Assembly: GCA_048013815.1 (NCBI GenBank) | Contig: CM106586.1 | Location: 15,562,001 to 15,626,000, forward strand | Direction of reading: 5' to 3' | DNA: 64,000 nucleotides | From: Setoptus koraiensis | Lineage: Eukaryota; Animalia; Arthropoda | Shown here: piece after piece, positions 1 to 11,260 of the stretch | Layout: the number at the start of each line of letters is the position of its first letter | How positions within the stretch are numbered: the first letter of the stretch is position 1 | The notes under the pieces: generated by a model | The model's input: only the letters and a program-made list of their open reading frames with translations | What the model was told of the DNA's origin: nothing | Database searches by the model: none | Position numbers and translations under genes: made by a program

Positions 1-406
1 GCGGTGACATAGCTGACAGTTTGTCCTGCGCTGCTCTGCACGATTCACCTGTTGGGCCCAAAAGAATTGTTGTTCACCGGAGCCTACTTGCGCCCTGTGA
101 CACAGCGCTGGCTGCTGTGCAAACAGAGGAGATTCGTGCGGATATTTTTGCAACTCGTGATTGGTGCCGTCGATTCGACGGGCCCAACGGCGACCGGTTC
201 AGCGGTCATCATGATGCACTGTCCGACAGTGACCAGCGCGCAGTGTTGCCAACGCCCGTTCGAACCGGGTCGCCGAAAGGAACAATCAGGCGACGGAATG
301 GGAGCGGACGATCGAGTCGTTGGCTTGTTGCTTGGGCGACACACAGACAAACAAAGGAAGCACGTTAATCGATCCCATTGATCCGTCCTCATTCGCGTTC
401 GCGGGC

Positions 407-510
407 ACAGCAACAACGACAGCGACAACGATAGCAGCAACAACGACAGCGACAGCGACAACGACAGCAACAACGACAGCGACAACGACGGCAGCGGCAA
501 CAACGGCGCT
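407..510 (+). repeat. Degenerate (GCA/ACA/ACG/GCG) low-complexity hexamer-like repeat
   Basis: gcaacaacgacagcgacaacgatagcagcaacaacgacagcg... runs for about 100 bp; it generates only low-complexity shadow ORFs. Confidence 0.8.
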
Positions 511-879
511 GGCGAGAGAAAATCAACAACCTAAAATGATGTTATCATCATCGCTAGCGCCATTGTAGTTGTTGGTCTATGATGAAATAAATAACGACAA
601 GCACCTAGGGTCATTATCGTAGGAGCCGGTTTTACACGGGGGAACTTGCGACAGCAACACGTACTGCACGTGTTGCTGGCCGGTCGTTGGTGTTGTCGTT
701 GTTCGAGCAAACTTTTCAGTTTAATTCAACCGAGTGACACGAGCGACCGGCGGCAACTGATAGCTGCAACTGTGTTCTTTGGGAGCACGTCGAGCCATTC
801 TCTCGGTGCATACTCTTGCTATGCAACTATGCCGGCCAGTCATACTTGCAGTTTACACTTATGCGGGCGACTCACAAAT

Positions 880-969
880 ATAGCACAAGCCATAGATATA
901 GCAAAAGCTATCGATTTAGCACGAGCCGTAGAATTAGCACGAGCAACAGATATAGCGCGAGCCACAGAT
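880..969 (+). repeat. 18-bp degenerate tandem repeat, 5 copies
   Basis: atagcacaagccatagat / atagcaaaagctatcgat / ttagcacgagccgtagaa / ttagcacgagcaacagat / atagcgcgagccacagat. Confidence 0.9.
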
Positions 970-2204
970 CGGGGCCATAACGTTGCAATTGAATGGATTG
1001 AATGAAAAGAACGAAATGATACGACCAATGAAACGACGCCACGATATAGCGACGCACGAGACGCCGACGGCGCGGCGCGAAAAAGCGCGTAAATCACGCG
1101 TTGATTCGGCCGAATAACGCCTGAAAACAACGTCAAAGGATGTAAACAAAAGCACGAACGCAGCAAAGAACGAGCAAAGATTTAAAGATTCTTTTATAAG
1201 ACGACGAGACGCTGACTGGACAATGGTGCAATCTCAAGTGGAAACAGCAAATAAAACAGTTGTAACACAGCCAGACAAATGAGAAGTGGTGGGCGTACTA
1301 TTTGTTTGCTCTACTTCTTTATTTGTTGTCGTGCATGGGGCCGGCGCGGGCGACGTGTCGCGTACGTGGCACAGTCCGTGTTGGCCCGTGCGCACGTACG
1401 CAAACACGGGCCGGCGCATACCGACGCACATCCGTCCACCGCGCCCGACAATGAGTCGGGTAATGAGTGTTGGCGCGCATCTTGAGCTGATTGGCCGTTT
1501 GATTGGGTGCTCGTGGTCGACTTGTCCGCTGCCGGTTTGTCCGGCAAAGCGACCACTTTTGCCAACGGAGCCCCAACGGACCAACTGACCACTCAGCGAC
1601 TATATTTCGGCTCGTTGAGTGGCGAGCAAGTTGCGCGTTGCAAGTCGAGCGACGAAAATAGCGACGAAAACAATGAATTGGGGGGCCTCTGTCACTATTT
1701 TGGGACCAGAAGAGCAAAGCAAACAATGAGGCCGCGGCACAAACAAACCCACGCAAGATTTGTCGACAAGATTAGCTCACAATTGTCAGTGGGACAGCGG
1801 AGCGGAAGTTGACCGGTCATCGTCTAGTTTGCGCGCTAATGATGACGGGCATGCATTTTGCATTGGCGTCGGTTTCTTGCGGCAGCGATGCAAATGATGA
1901 TTGCAACTTGCAATTTATAAACGTCGCTTATGGACGCTTCATACGGTGCATTCTCTTGGTCGTATCATGCGACTCTGCGATGTATGAACTGGCCGCTGAT
2001 CGGCATGACAATTCCGGCCCGATCGGCCCGTAATGACTGGCGTTGTTACCTGTTGACAGTTTCGCGCTGAATTGTTTTACCCTCAATTGGGTCACACGCG
2101 TTTATAACGCGACGCGGTCGGTTATTTGCTGGGCGGCCACGCTCTCGGCACTGGATGAGCCGTTGGCTGTCGCGGAATCCAACGAAATAAACGAGCCAAC
2201 GGTC

Positions 2205-2264
2205 GCTCGGAAGCCCGCGGCTCGGAAACCCGCGGCTCGGAAACCCGCGGCTCGGGAGCCCGCG
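2205..2264 (+). repeat. 15-bp GC-rich minisatellite, 4 copies
   Basis: Unit GCTCGG(A/G)A(A/G)CCCGCG at 2205, 2220, 2235 and 2250. Confidence 0.95.
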
Positions 2265-2462
2265 CGGGCCAGATTGCAGCAGATAGCTTGTCGTAATTTA
2301 TACGCGAACGCCGCTTGGTTTCCACATGATATATATGCCCTCTATGCATGCAACCGGCGCTGCTGGCCAACTTGTTGGCCCATTTACATATTGTGCATTT
2401 ATGCTGTATAATGCACAATATCTGCAGTGTCGCGCCGAAGTGACAATTGGCTCGGTCCGCCG

Positions 2463-2530
2463 GTCGCCGGTCAGTTGCGGCCGTCGCCGGTCAGTTGTGG
2501 CCGTCGCCGGTCAGTTGTGGCCGTCGCCGG
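2463..2530 (+). repeat. 20-bp minisatellite (3 copies plus a partial) containing the E-box CAGTTG
   Basis: Unit GTCGCCGGTCAGTTG(C/T)GGCC at 2463, 2483 and 2503, partial at 2523. Confidence 0.95.
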
Positions 2531-2607
2531 GGGCATCAACGACAACGCGAGCAATCACAAAATCGCAAGTCTATTGTTGTCGGGCCGGCGAGTGTCATGG
2601 CTCATCA

Positions 2608-2655
2608 TTGGCCCGTCGTTGGCCCGTCGCTGGCCCGTCGCTGGCTCGTCGTTGG
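2608..2655 (+). repeat. 11-bp minisatellite, 4 copies plus a partial
   Basis: Unit (T/C)TGGC(C/T)CGTCG at 2608, 2619, 2630 and 2641. Confidence 0.9.
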
Positions 2656-2998
2656 CGGGATCGCACGCGGCGCTCAACATGACCGACAACAACACGATAA
2701 TGCAAAGAAGGGAACGCAAAGAACAACCAGCCAAGGAACAATTCGCAAATGAATGAATGAATGAATGAATGTTATTATTTATGTGCTGTTGCCAAATTAT
2801 CTGTGACAGCTGAATTTCAATTAGAGCAGAAAGCATAAAGAGCCGCGACCACCAACACGCCAGGTTATCTATCCGCGGTGCGCGCGTGATTGATCCCGTG
2901 GAGCCCCGTGAATCACGGCCCGTGATCCTGCGGGCCGCCCCCTCTCCGGCGTCTTCTCGCTGCTCGTCGCGCAGCCAGCCGAGCGCTCCGAACTCCGC

Positions 2999-3066
2999 AG
3001 TCCAAACTTCGGGTCAAAACTCCACAGTCCAAACTTCGGGTCCAAACTCCGGAGTCCGAGCCTCAA
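2999..3066 (+). repeat. 13/14-bp degenerate tandem repeat
   Basis: gtccaaacttcgg / gtcaaaactccaca / gtccaaacttcgg / gtccaaactccgga / gtccgagcctcaaa. Confidence 0.8.
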
Positions 3067-6000
3067 AGTCCGGGCGACGACTCACCCACCGGACACTGCT
3101 GGCGTGCACGTAGCGGCCGGCATAATGGATTGCATTTTGCGCACAAGTCAAAGCAGAGGCCCCATTCTAATCCTGTCGCCGACACTGGCGATCGACGACG
3201 CGATTGCAGGCCCGATCTCAATGGCTGATTTGATTGGGTCTCGGGACTGGCGCAGAACAGTGTTTCGGCACGCCGATAAGTCCCGTGTCTTGTATCATCG
3301 ACGGTCGCTGTCATTTATTTACTTCGTTTATTTCGTTTATTTATACGTTTTACGCGATAAGCGCGAGTCCGACGGATCGCATCGAGACGCGATGCCGATG
3401 TCGCCAATCGCCGAGAGCCGTCAATGAGTTTCTGCCTCTCGTCATCCAGAGGGAATTAGAGAAATCTTTCAGAGCTATCTCTGGGCCGTGGCAGAATTTC
3501 TCTGAGAATCCGCGAGCACTTTCGCAGCGCCAATGCACGTCAATTTGAGCCAGAGTGGCCAAAATGTTGCACGAGCACGCGGCGGGTGTAATATGGTCAA
3601 AAATCAACAAGTCAACCCAACTTTTCGAGCTGCTCGTTAAGCTGGATGCGACCAGTGATTTGCAGGCTGGCGTTTGGTCGCTGGCGATTGGCGAGCACAA
3701 CATTTGAAACTTGTAAACCATTCAGTTTGTGACAGTTGATGCGAGCCAACTTATCGCCCGCCAGCATGCGAGCCTGCGAGTCTGCGAGCCCCTCGAGCTT
3801 ATCCATAATGCGCGCCGTCTAATCTCGTCTAATCCAACTATGCCAACGGCGTCAGCAATTGTACAACTGCAAAGATTTATATTATAACAAGCCATACATT
3901 TATATATTTTTCGCCAATCTATAACGGCCTCTAATAATATAATATCTAGAACAGAATTAGCGACAGTGGCGGCGGGCGATTAGCGAGCATGAGAATGATC
4001 GCTCGCAGTTCGCAGTTTGAACGCGATTCGACAATCAGATCGGCTTCGATTTCGATTATTCTGTTTATTCGATTCGGTGCGCTTTCACACACACACCAGT
4101 GCCATGCTGCAAACTTGTGCCCCGTTCGCGATCGGCGCAATCGAACGAACGGGCGCAACAACGTCACGTAAGCTATTACGAAATGCGAGCGAATAAGCGC
4201 GTCTCGCTCTCGTCGAACGCGCCGAACGCGTCGAACGCTGCGAATCGTTCGAATGATCTATTTCTGTTTTGGCTGATCTGTCTCGTGGGCTGAGCCCGTG
4301 CAACGCGCGCTCGCATAATGCGTCTGCCAATTGCGCCCCTGCGCTGTCTCCATCTCACGTGTTCCACATCACTGGCGGGCCCCTGGCTGTCGATGGGCGC
4401 CGGCCGGTTGCCAACAATAACAACGACGACAACAGCGACAACAACCACGACAGCGACAAACAGAAAGGAGTAATGGGAACGGGGCTCTCGATGCTCCCAA
4501 TCATCGAATCCCAACCCGAGGGCTGGGTCAAGTGTGTCACGTGTGACAAAAAAGGGCTGCCCTCCATAATATCACATTTTTGCACAATAGCCACAGTGTG
4601 CCCAGTGTGAGCCTGTTATGCAACAGGCGCTGGTATCGCCATCGGTTTGGCTTCCTCTTTCATTCATTTTTTGCACAATTGTCATGTGCTGCTGGCCCCA
4701 ATGTCACCCAGTTCACCAATGTAGTTCGACGGATTCATGGGCACCGTTGATGATTTATTTTTTTCTATCCTGTCCATGCGAGGTGGAGAGCCGATTGCTT
4801 TGTTGCACTGAGGCCGCCATCCATCTGTTCTCCTTACCTGTTGCTCGACGATCGAGCCACATTAGATAACTGTTACGTTTACTCTTTTGCACCATTTTGG
4901 GGCCCGCCGTTCCGATGTCCGCGGCAACTGTTCGCCTGGAGTTAGTTTCCAGTTGAAACTGGCAACATTTGCCAGCCCATACTACCCACAGAACAGTTTG
5001 GACAGCAGCGACTCGATGCAGTTCTCACCACACAAGTGCTGCGTCGGGCCGCCCAAAAGCGAGCCAATTTGCACCAAAACGCAACTTGTCAGACCAACCA
5101 AAACCGAAGCGGCCAATTATTGCTGCCCGTCGACAAAGACGCAACTGTGGCTGTCACGCTATTGGCTCACATTTGCGTATATTTGCATAAATATCTATAT
5201 ATATATACATATTTCACCTTGGGCCATCAATTTGTTTGTGCTCGGCGGCGCTTCTTTTCGTTTCTCTGGCACTGTGGCCTTCTTTCGGGCACTGTCGCCT
5301 TGTCTCTGACACTGCTGTGCCCTCGAGGAACCGCCGGCAACACGGGAGCCCGGCATACCTGTTGAGCCCGCGCACACCGCGTCACAGTAAGCGACTCGAA
5401 ATGCATTTATACCGATACGCACGCCGGAGGGGACCGCTTTTTGGTGGACTGGTCGACGGTGGCCGAGCCAATCGATCATGCGCTGCACATGGCCGCTTGC
5501 AAGTTGCAAGTTTAAATATTTGATTACGACACGATGCGACAATGCAACGGCCTGGAGGAATAATTTGCACTGTTGTAATTTGCAAAGAAAAAAATTGTCC
5601 CAAAAAGTCTTGCGCGGCGCCGGCCCCATGCAAAATTCGTGTAAAATGCAATTTAAGCAACTGTTGCGCGCCATTAATTTCTCAATGCGTTTCCGTGGCT
5701 CTGGCATTGGTCTCGTTGCAATATTTGCCCAACACACATTACGCTCGCTCTAGATACATTACATTTATCCGCTCGTCTAATGGCCTCATCATTTTGTGCC
5801 CATCGGGCCATGTCACCGACGGCACCATGCAACCCAATGCAAGGCTGTGTTGTCGCGAATTGAGGACCCCATTTTAGAGCGAGAAACAGAGCGCTAGATC
5901 GAGACAAATTGAGTAAATAATTTTTGTGTGTTTGTCGCTTCTGCAGATCAGAGTATCGTCTGAAAGCAACGACATACAAACTGCAGTGCACCAAACAACC

Positions 6001-6380
6001 GATGGGCGGCCGACCGCCCATTTCTTCTCGTCCGAGGCCCCCGGTGTCAGGCCGATCCCAGAGAGAAGATACCCGAAGGAAATGATGGACATTATGCACC
6101 TACGGGGCTCATTATCGTGTCCGCTCTGCTCGCGTTTGCAGTTTTGCAATGTTCGCATGATCGCAAAACAGAAGCGAGCCGTTTGACGTCCTGAGTTGGA
6201 TGTTGCAAGTCCGAACGGAGGCTTGCTATGCGTACGCGAGGGCCGACAGGAGATACTTGTTGTTTATGGCAGTTGTCGTGATCGTCGTCGTGTTTGCTCG
6301 TAGTTGTTAAACTCTAGACATGAATGATTTTCCACTGTTTGTTTGCTGCGCACTTTGTTTTGTCCATTACTGGCTACCGC

Positions 6381-6381
<1 letters not shown>

Positions 6382-6467
<86 letters not shown>

Positions 6468-6486
6468 CAACGACGACGACGACGAC
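6382..6486 (+). repeat. (GAC)35 microsatellite with a few AAC interruptions
   Basis: 105 bp read directly; non-coding context. Confidence 0.97.
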
Positions 6487-7987
6487 GCGCTCACAAGTTG
6501 CCACGATGAGAAAGTATAATGTTTGCAAAACGACCAGTTGCAGATGCCTCAATGATCAACTACCTGGCCATTATGCACCAATCAATAATCAGGTTGCATC
6601 ATTGCTCTGGCGTGCTTGTGTCTCTGCCAGTCTATGCGACTATTTCTGTCTGGCGCCGTCCCTAATGGCTTTTACCTGACGCGCAACAAGCGCCAGGCAA
6701 AATGCAAAAGTATAAATCAATCGAATCTTGTATCTGTAACTTGTAGATGCAAGATAATAAGTATTGTTCGGTCGATTGTAGCAACCCTGGTTGCATCATT
6801 AGATCGGTTTATCCGGGCGACAATGACGATTATCCCGCCTAATCGCCACAATACAGGCCAACAATATGCCCGTGAATCGTAATACGGATTCTGTATCTAA
6901 CAACGGTCTGACATTGTTAGAGAGAGAGAGAGAGGGGGCCTCTGGCCGACGCGACCACCTATCTGACTCTTGCTGGCCTGATCTAAAGCTAATCTGATTA
7001 TTATTTCCACTTTGTGCAATCCACAATTTACAAGGCTCAGATTATCGCGCAAGATGATAATAGATTGCGGGCCCCATGAAATACATACCGCAATATATCG
7101 CTTTGGGGTATTTCTTGCGGGAATAATTGTGTTCCAAGAATATTCCATATCTTCTAACCTCGTGTTGCATATCATCGCCGGGCCCATCGTGACCCAGTGG
7201 GCCACTGAAAGAGCACGATGCCAGGCCGCTAATCAGTGCCGCTTTGCCAGAACAACAACAACAACAACAACAAACATGCTGCTTGCGGTGGTGTTAAAGT
7301 TTGACAGCGTTAAAGCGCCGATAAACAGTGACTTTTGCTGTCGGAATTATCATATCATAACATTGGATGTATACCGTTCGTTCAATGCAATGATTGCTTC
7401 GAACAGCACAAGAAGTTTGTCAAAGAAGCAACCATTGTAATGCGACGTAGCGATGCATACCGATTGTTATGCTCCTTTGGGCCCATTGTTTGTGTTTACT
7501 TCACCTTCACTTCACTTACCTTACTCCCCGCCTAGAAAACTTTTACGTTACCTTTTTCTTTTCTTGTGTTCTTGTCTGCCCCTCTGCCCCTCCCCCCCCG
7601 ATTTGCCCCCGTTCTTCTCTGTATCCTTGGAAGTGCATACCTGGTTTGCCAGTGTGTCCCTCTTTGGTGCTTTCCCCCTGTGGCAGCGCCACCGATTCAA
7701 ACTAGAGCATTATGGTGACATGGTTGCGATGATTGCGACAAGGAAAGAAGCGTTAAAAAAGTTCGCGACGAGAGTGTGGAAAATCGTCGCCAAAAGAAGT
7801 TTGCCAGCGACGGGCAGTTTGTGATCGACGACCTCAGTGACGATTCGCACACCGACACAACCGGTCGCATCTATTCATTCTGGCATATATCACGCCATAA
7901 CGCGCGCTATCATCGCTAGCATCCAGTGAATCGCCACACTGACCACGGCAACACACACACACGCACATACAGGTAACGAATATCAGT

Positions 7988-9448
7988 ATGGCCAACATTG
8001 ACATGGCCACAGCAAACAATAATTGCTGGACAGCAACAACAACAACAAGCCAGCTCCTCGTGGCCAACAGCCACCAAGACGAGCACGTGCTAAGAGAATT
8101 CGACGACGAATACGTCGAACAATACTGTAATACTGTAGGCCAGCGAGAATTATCCTCAAATGATGCACTCAATCAGGTGCACCAATCGGTATACGAAATG
8201 GATGATGCAACAACAACACCATCGGCGTTAGCTTATCACGATATAACAACAAACGAGAAAAATTTTCATCTTTTTCACCATCATCAGCATCATATTATAA
8301 CAACAACCGCCAACAACCATTACAACAACAATCACCACCAACACCAACAACAATTGCCAGATTCAACGTATATGGACGAAGATCAGCTTGACCAGCTACA
8401 AACAAATGATGAACAACAACATAACAACCAAAACTCGCTATTCGACAACAACAATCAATTGATTGCTAGCATATATAACCAACAACAACAGCCACAACAC
8501 TACGAGCACCAGCATCAACAATTTGGACAAACAATAATGATGACAGTGCCTTCATACTTGTCATCGGCCTTATCACCTGTATCCTCTCAATCCCCGCCAC
8601 TAAATTCGTCATCATTTATTTCAGAATCAACAAGTGCCACAAGTAGCAATATTGCCTTTTCAACAACACCACCAACAACAACAAGCAAACCTAAACAACA
8701 AGCAGCGGACCAATTAAAAGCAGGCACAGCAAAGAGGTCAGCGGCAGCCAAAGCATCAACGGGTAAAAAGAGGACTAATTCGCGTGGTGTCAAGACCATC
8801 ACAAAAAACAAAGACAATAACTCCAAGAAAGATATCTACAATGCCAGAATGTTGCTGAGCTCTTTAGAGCAAGCGCTGCAGCAAAGAAAGAGATCCTCAT
8901 CAACAAGCTCCTCCATTTTTTCTAGCAGCTATAACGGACCTAGCGACGACATCACGGACGATTCAACCGAGTCAACAACGACTTTTAACAACAACAATAA
9001 TCAACTCAATAATAATACTAGTAATGACGAAAACAAGGATGTTGTCGGTTACAATAATCAAAATATAAAAACATCAACTATCACAAACAATAACTCAATT
9101 GGGAACAATACCGATGATGGAGCAATATGTATAGTTGACAAGATTGTTATTAAAAAAATTAGAAGAGTTAAGGCAAATAACAGGGAACGTAATAGGATGC
9201 ACAATTTAAATGGGGCACTAGACAGACTAAGACAACATTTGCCTCCATTCGATGAAGACGCCAAATTAACGAAAATTGAAACATTGAGAGTGGCCAAAGA
9301 TTACATACTGAAACTCACTAGCTTGCTAGAGCAAACCCAAACTCAGACTAACATCAATTGCGAAACGGAACATTCCGCGATGGTGGACGACAAAACAACA
9401 CCAACAGATCAGTGCCAAGATATCAAGCCAATATTCTTAAGCACTTGA
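7988..9448 (+). CDS. tap: Neurogenin/tap-family bHLH transcription factor, intronless, 486 aa
   Basis: C-terminal b[46 protein letters not shown] matches the neurogenin signature ([13 protein letters not shown]...[14 protein letters not shown]). Long N/Q/H/T-rich N-terminus. Confidence 0.88.
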   Translation: MANIDMATANNNCWTATTTTSQLLVANSHQDEHVLREFDDEYVEQYCNTVGQRELSSNDALNQVHQSVYEMDDATTTPSALAYHDITTNEKNFHLFHHHQHHIITTTANNHYNNNHHQHQQQLPDSTYMDEDQLDQLQTNDEQQHNNQNSLFDNNNQLIASIYNQQQQPQHYEHQHQQFGQTIMMTVPSYLSSALSPVSSQSPPLNSSSFISESTSATSSNIAFSTTPPTTTSKPKQQAADQLKAGTAKRSAAAKASTGKKRTNSRGVKTITKNKDNNSKKDIYNARMLLSSLEQALQQRKRSSSTSSSIFSSSYNGPSDDITDDSTESTTTFNNNNNQLNNNTSNDENKDVVGYNNQNIKTSTITNNNSIGNNTDDGAICIVDKIVIKKIRRVKANNRERNRMHNLNGALDRLRQHLPPFDEDAKLTKIETLRVAKDYILKLTSLLEQTQTQTNINCETEHSAMVDDKTTPTDQCQDIKPIFLST

Positions 9449-9761
9449 TTGCATAACTGATTTGTATATCTGTACTGTAATTATGGTAATAATAACAAAG
9501 GTTTTTTATCTAATTAAATATATATCTATAAATTTGTATATGCATTTAATTTGAATAGGCCGAATGATTTAATTGTAATGCCAATCCTAATGCTATAATG
9601 GTGATGATAGAGGAAGTATAGTTGTCAATTATAGTTTTGGTAGTAGTAGTAGTAGTTGTAGTAGAAGTTTCTTTTGTTAGTGTTGTTATTGTAGCCGCAA
9701 TGTGGATCAAGCATCATCTCCTTACTGATTGCTGTAATCATCGAGGATTGCAATCAGCAGT

Positions 9762-10640
9762 CTAATTAAATGACTGATTTATAGCCATATATCTTATGGA
9801 TCTGGTGCGATCACTACCACCAGGCGACTTGTTCAGCATGTTTTGGGCTAATTCGATCAAATCCCTGGGTAATGCCACCTGTAAGCAAACAATTTTTGCA
9901 AGTAGTTAGTAGACCGCACAATCAAGTGACCCGTTAAGTAAGAGGCCAAGCTATTATTGCTATCGGATCATTTGCTGGAAACTCACCTGAGTGGCGACGT
10001 AGTTGATGTCTTCGTAAAGCCTGATCCATTTCTTTGTTGGTCCATCAAATCTAATGTGGTGATTGTCCCGGGTCAATTCTTTGGCCTCTTCGCGGTGTAA
10101 TTCCGTCTCACGATTGTGCAACCACATTTTGACTACACTTCTTGCCGACTCAAACGCACCGGCAAATATATCGTACTTCTTTTTGACCCAGCGCAATTCA
10201 TCTATTGGCTGGCCGGCGATTACGCCTAACTCACTGTTGATATATAAATATCTAACATAGTTTTTTATATTCAGCACATTCGATTGTGCATTGTCTTTAG
10301 CGATGGCCTCAAGTTCCTCAACTATGTTTTCCGTTTGCGTGGTTATCCACGCTAACAGAGTACCCGTCAGGAAGGGCAGCTCACCAGTAGTCTGGCCCCT
10401 TGCTCGAGCTCTTATTCTAAGGCTTTCTTCATTGGGTATATTTGTCACAGGTGGCTGGAATCTGGACAATTCGCGATTACTCTGAGTAGATTCATCTACC
10501 ACCTCTTTCCATTTTTGCTTGCCTTCTTTTATCTGTTGAACGCTTTCTCCACTGTCCGACTTATCGGACTTACAGGCTACAAATTGATTGCCTATAATAA
10601 GTGCACAGCATGCGCTTACAATTAGCGTAGATAGATACAT
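9762..10640 (-). CDS. Orphan secreted protein A; complement(join(9762..9878,9987..10640))
   Basis: ATG followed by a signal peptide (MYLSTLIVSACCALIIGNQFVAC). Donor CAG|GTGAGT at 9987/9986 and acceptor TTTGCTTACAG|GTG at 9879/9878 give an in-frame 38-aa last exon. Paralogous to 11261..11878. Confidence 0.75.
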
Positions 10641-11260
10641 TTTTGATTATAATCATAAACAATTTTGTATGCAAATCTAAAGAACACGATGAAAAACAAG
10701 GCCGTTATATGAACACTATTATAGCAGATGAAAAAAGGATGAATTCTCTTGAGCTACGCTAGTTGCAACACAATAGCACTAGCAAAATTGATACCTTTCT
10801 ATATATAGCATCTACACTGGTGCCATATATGTGAGCAAAGATCAATTGCTAAAAATGTGAGACTATTTTTGTCAGAGGCATCCACGAAAACAATCCTAAA
10901 CAAGAGGCAGGCAAGAGTCACTCTGTCTATCATGTTCACAAGAATCACATGATGCGTAGAGGTGATCTTGCCAAACGATGGTGTCTATTCCAAAGATCGT
11001 AAGCAACATAGTTCGCTCGATAAATAGAAAGGACATCGTCTATATTCTATCGAGCTTGTTTGTGACACCAGTAGCATTCACTCTACTACTACAATGGCTA
11101 GCCTCTCTCCAGTAGCACCAGTAGAGTTATATTTTGATTTGTCACACACAATTCAGCGTAAACGAAGAGATTGTAAAAATTTTTGATAATGTGAACAATG
11201 GGCTAAAAACTTTTGTTGGCACAACACCCGGAATACCCCATTATCAGAGACCGCACATAG

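Noticed and set aside
198-277. tRNA gene
   Set aside because: A T-arm and an acceptor-like stem are present, but there is no D-loop GG and no 7-nt anticodon loop. Kept only as a low-interest structure.
2205-3066. Tandem repeats as CRISPR arrays
   Set aside because: Units abut with no unique spacers, there are no cas genes, and the locus is eukaryotic with spliceosomal introns.
21-7824. Dozens of 60-180 aa ORFs in the first 7.9 kb
   Set aside because: They overlap on both strands, often start at non-ATG codons, are repeat-derived (poly-T, poly-S, poly-V) and show no family motifs. Expected in GC-rich non-coding DNA.
10814-10831. 18-nt near-repeat ACA(C/T)TGGTGCCATATATG also at 54504-54521
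   Set aside because: A rough calculation shows one or more 17/18 matches are expected by chance in 64 kb.
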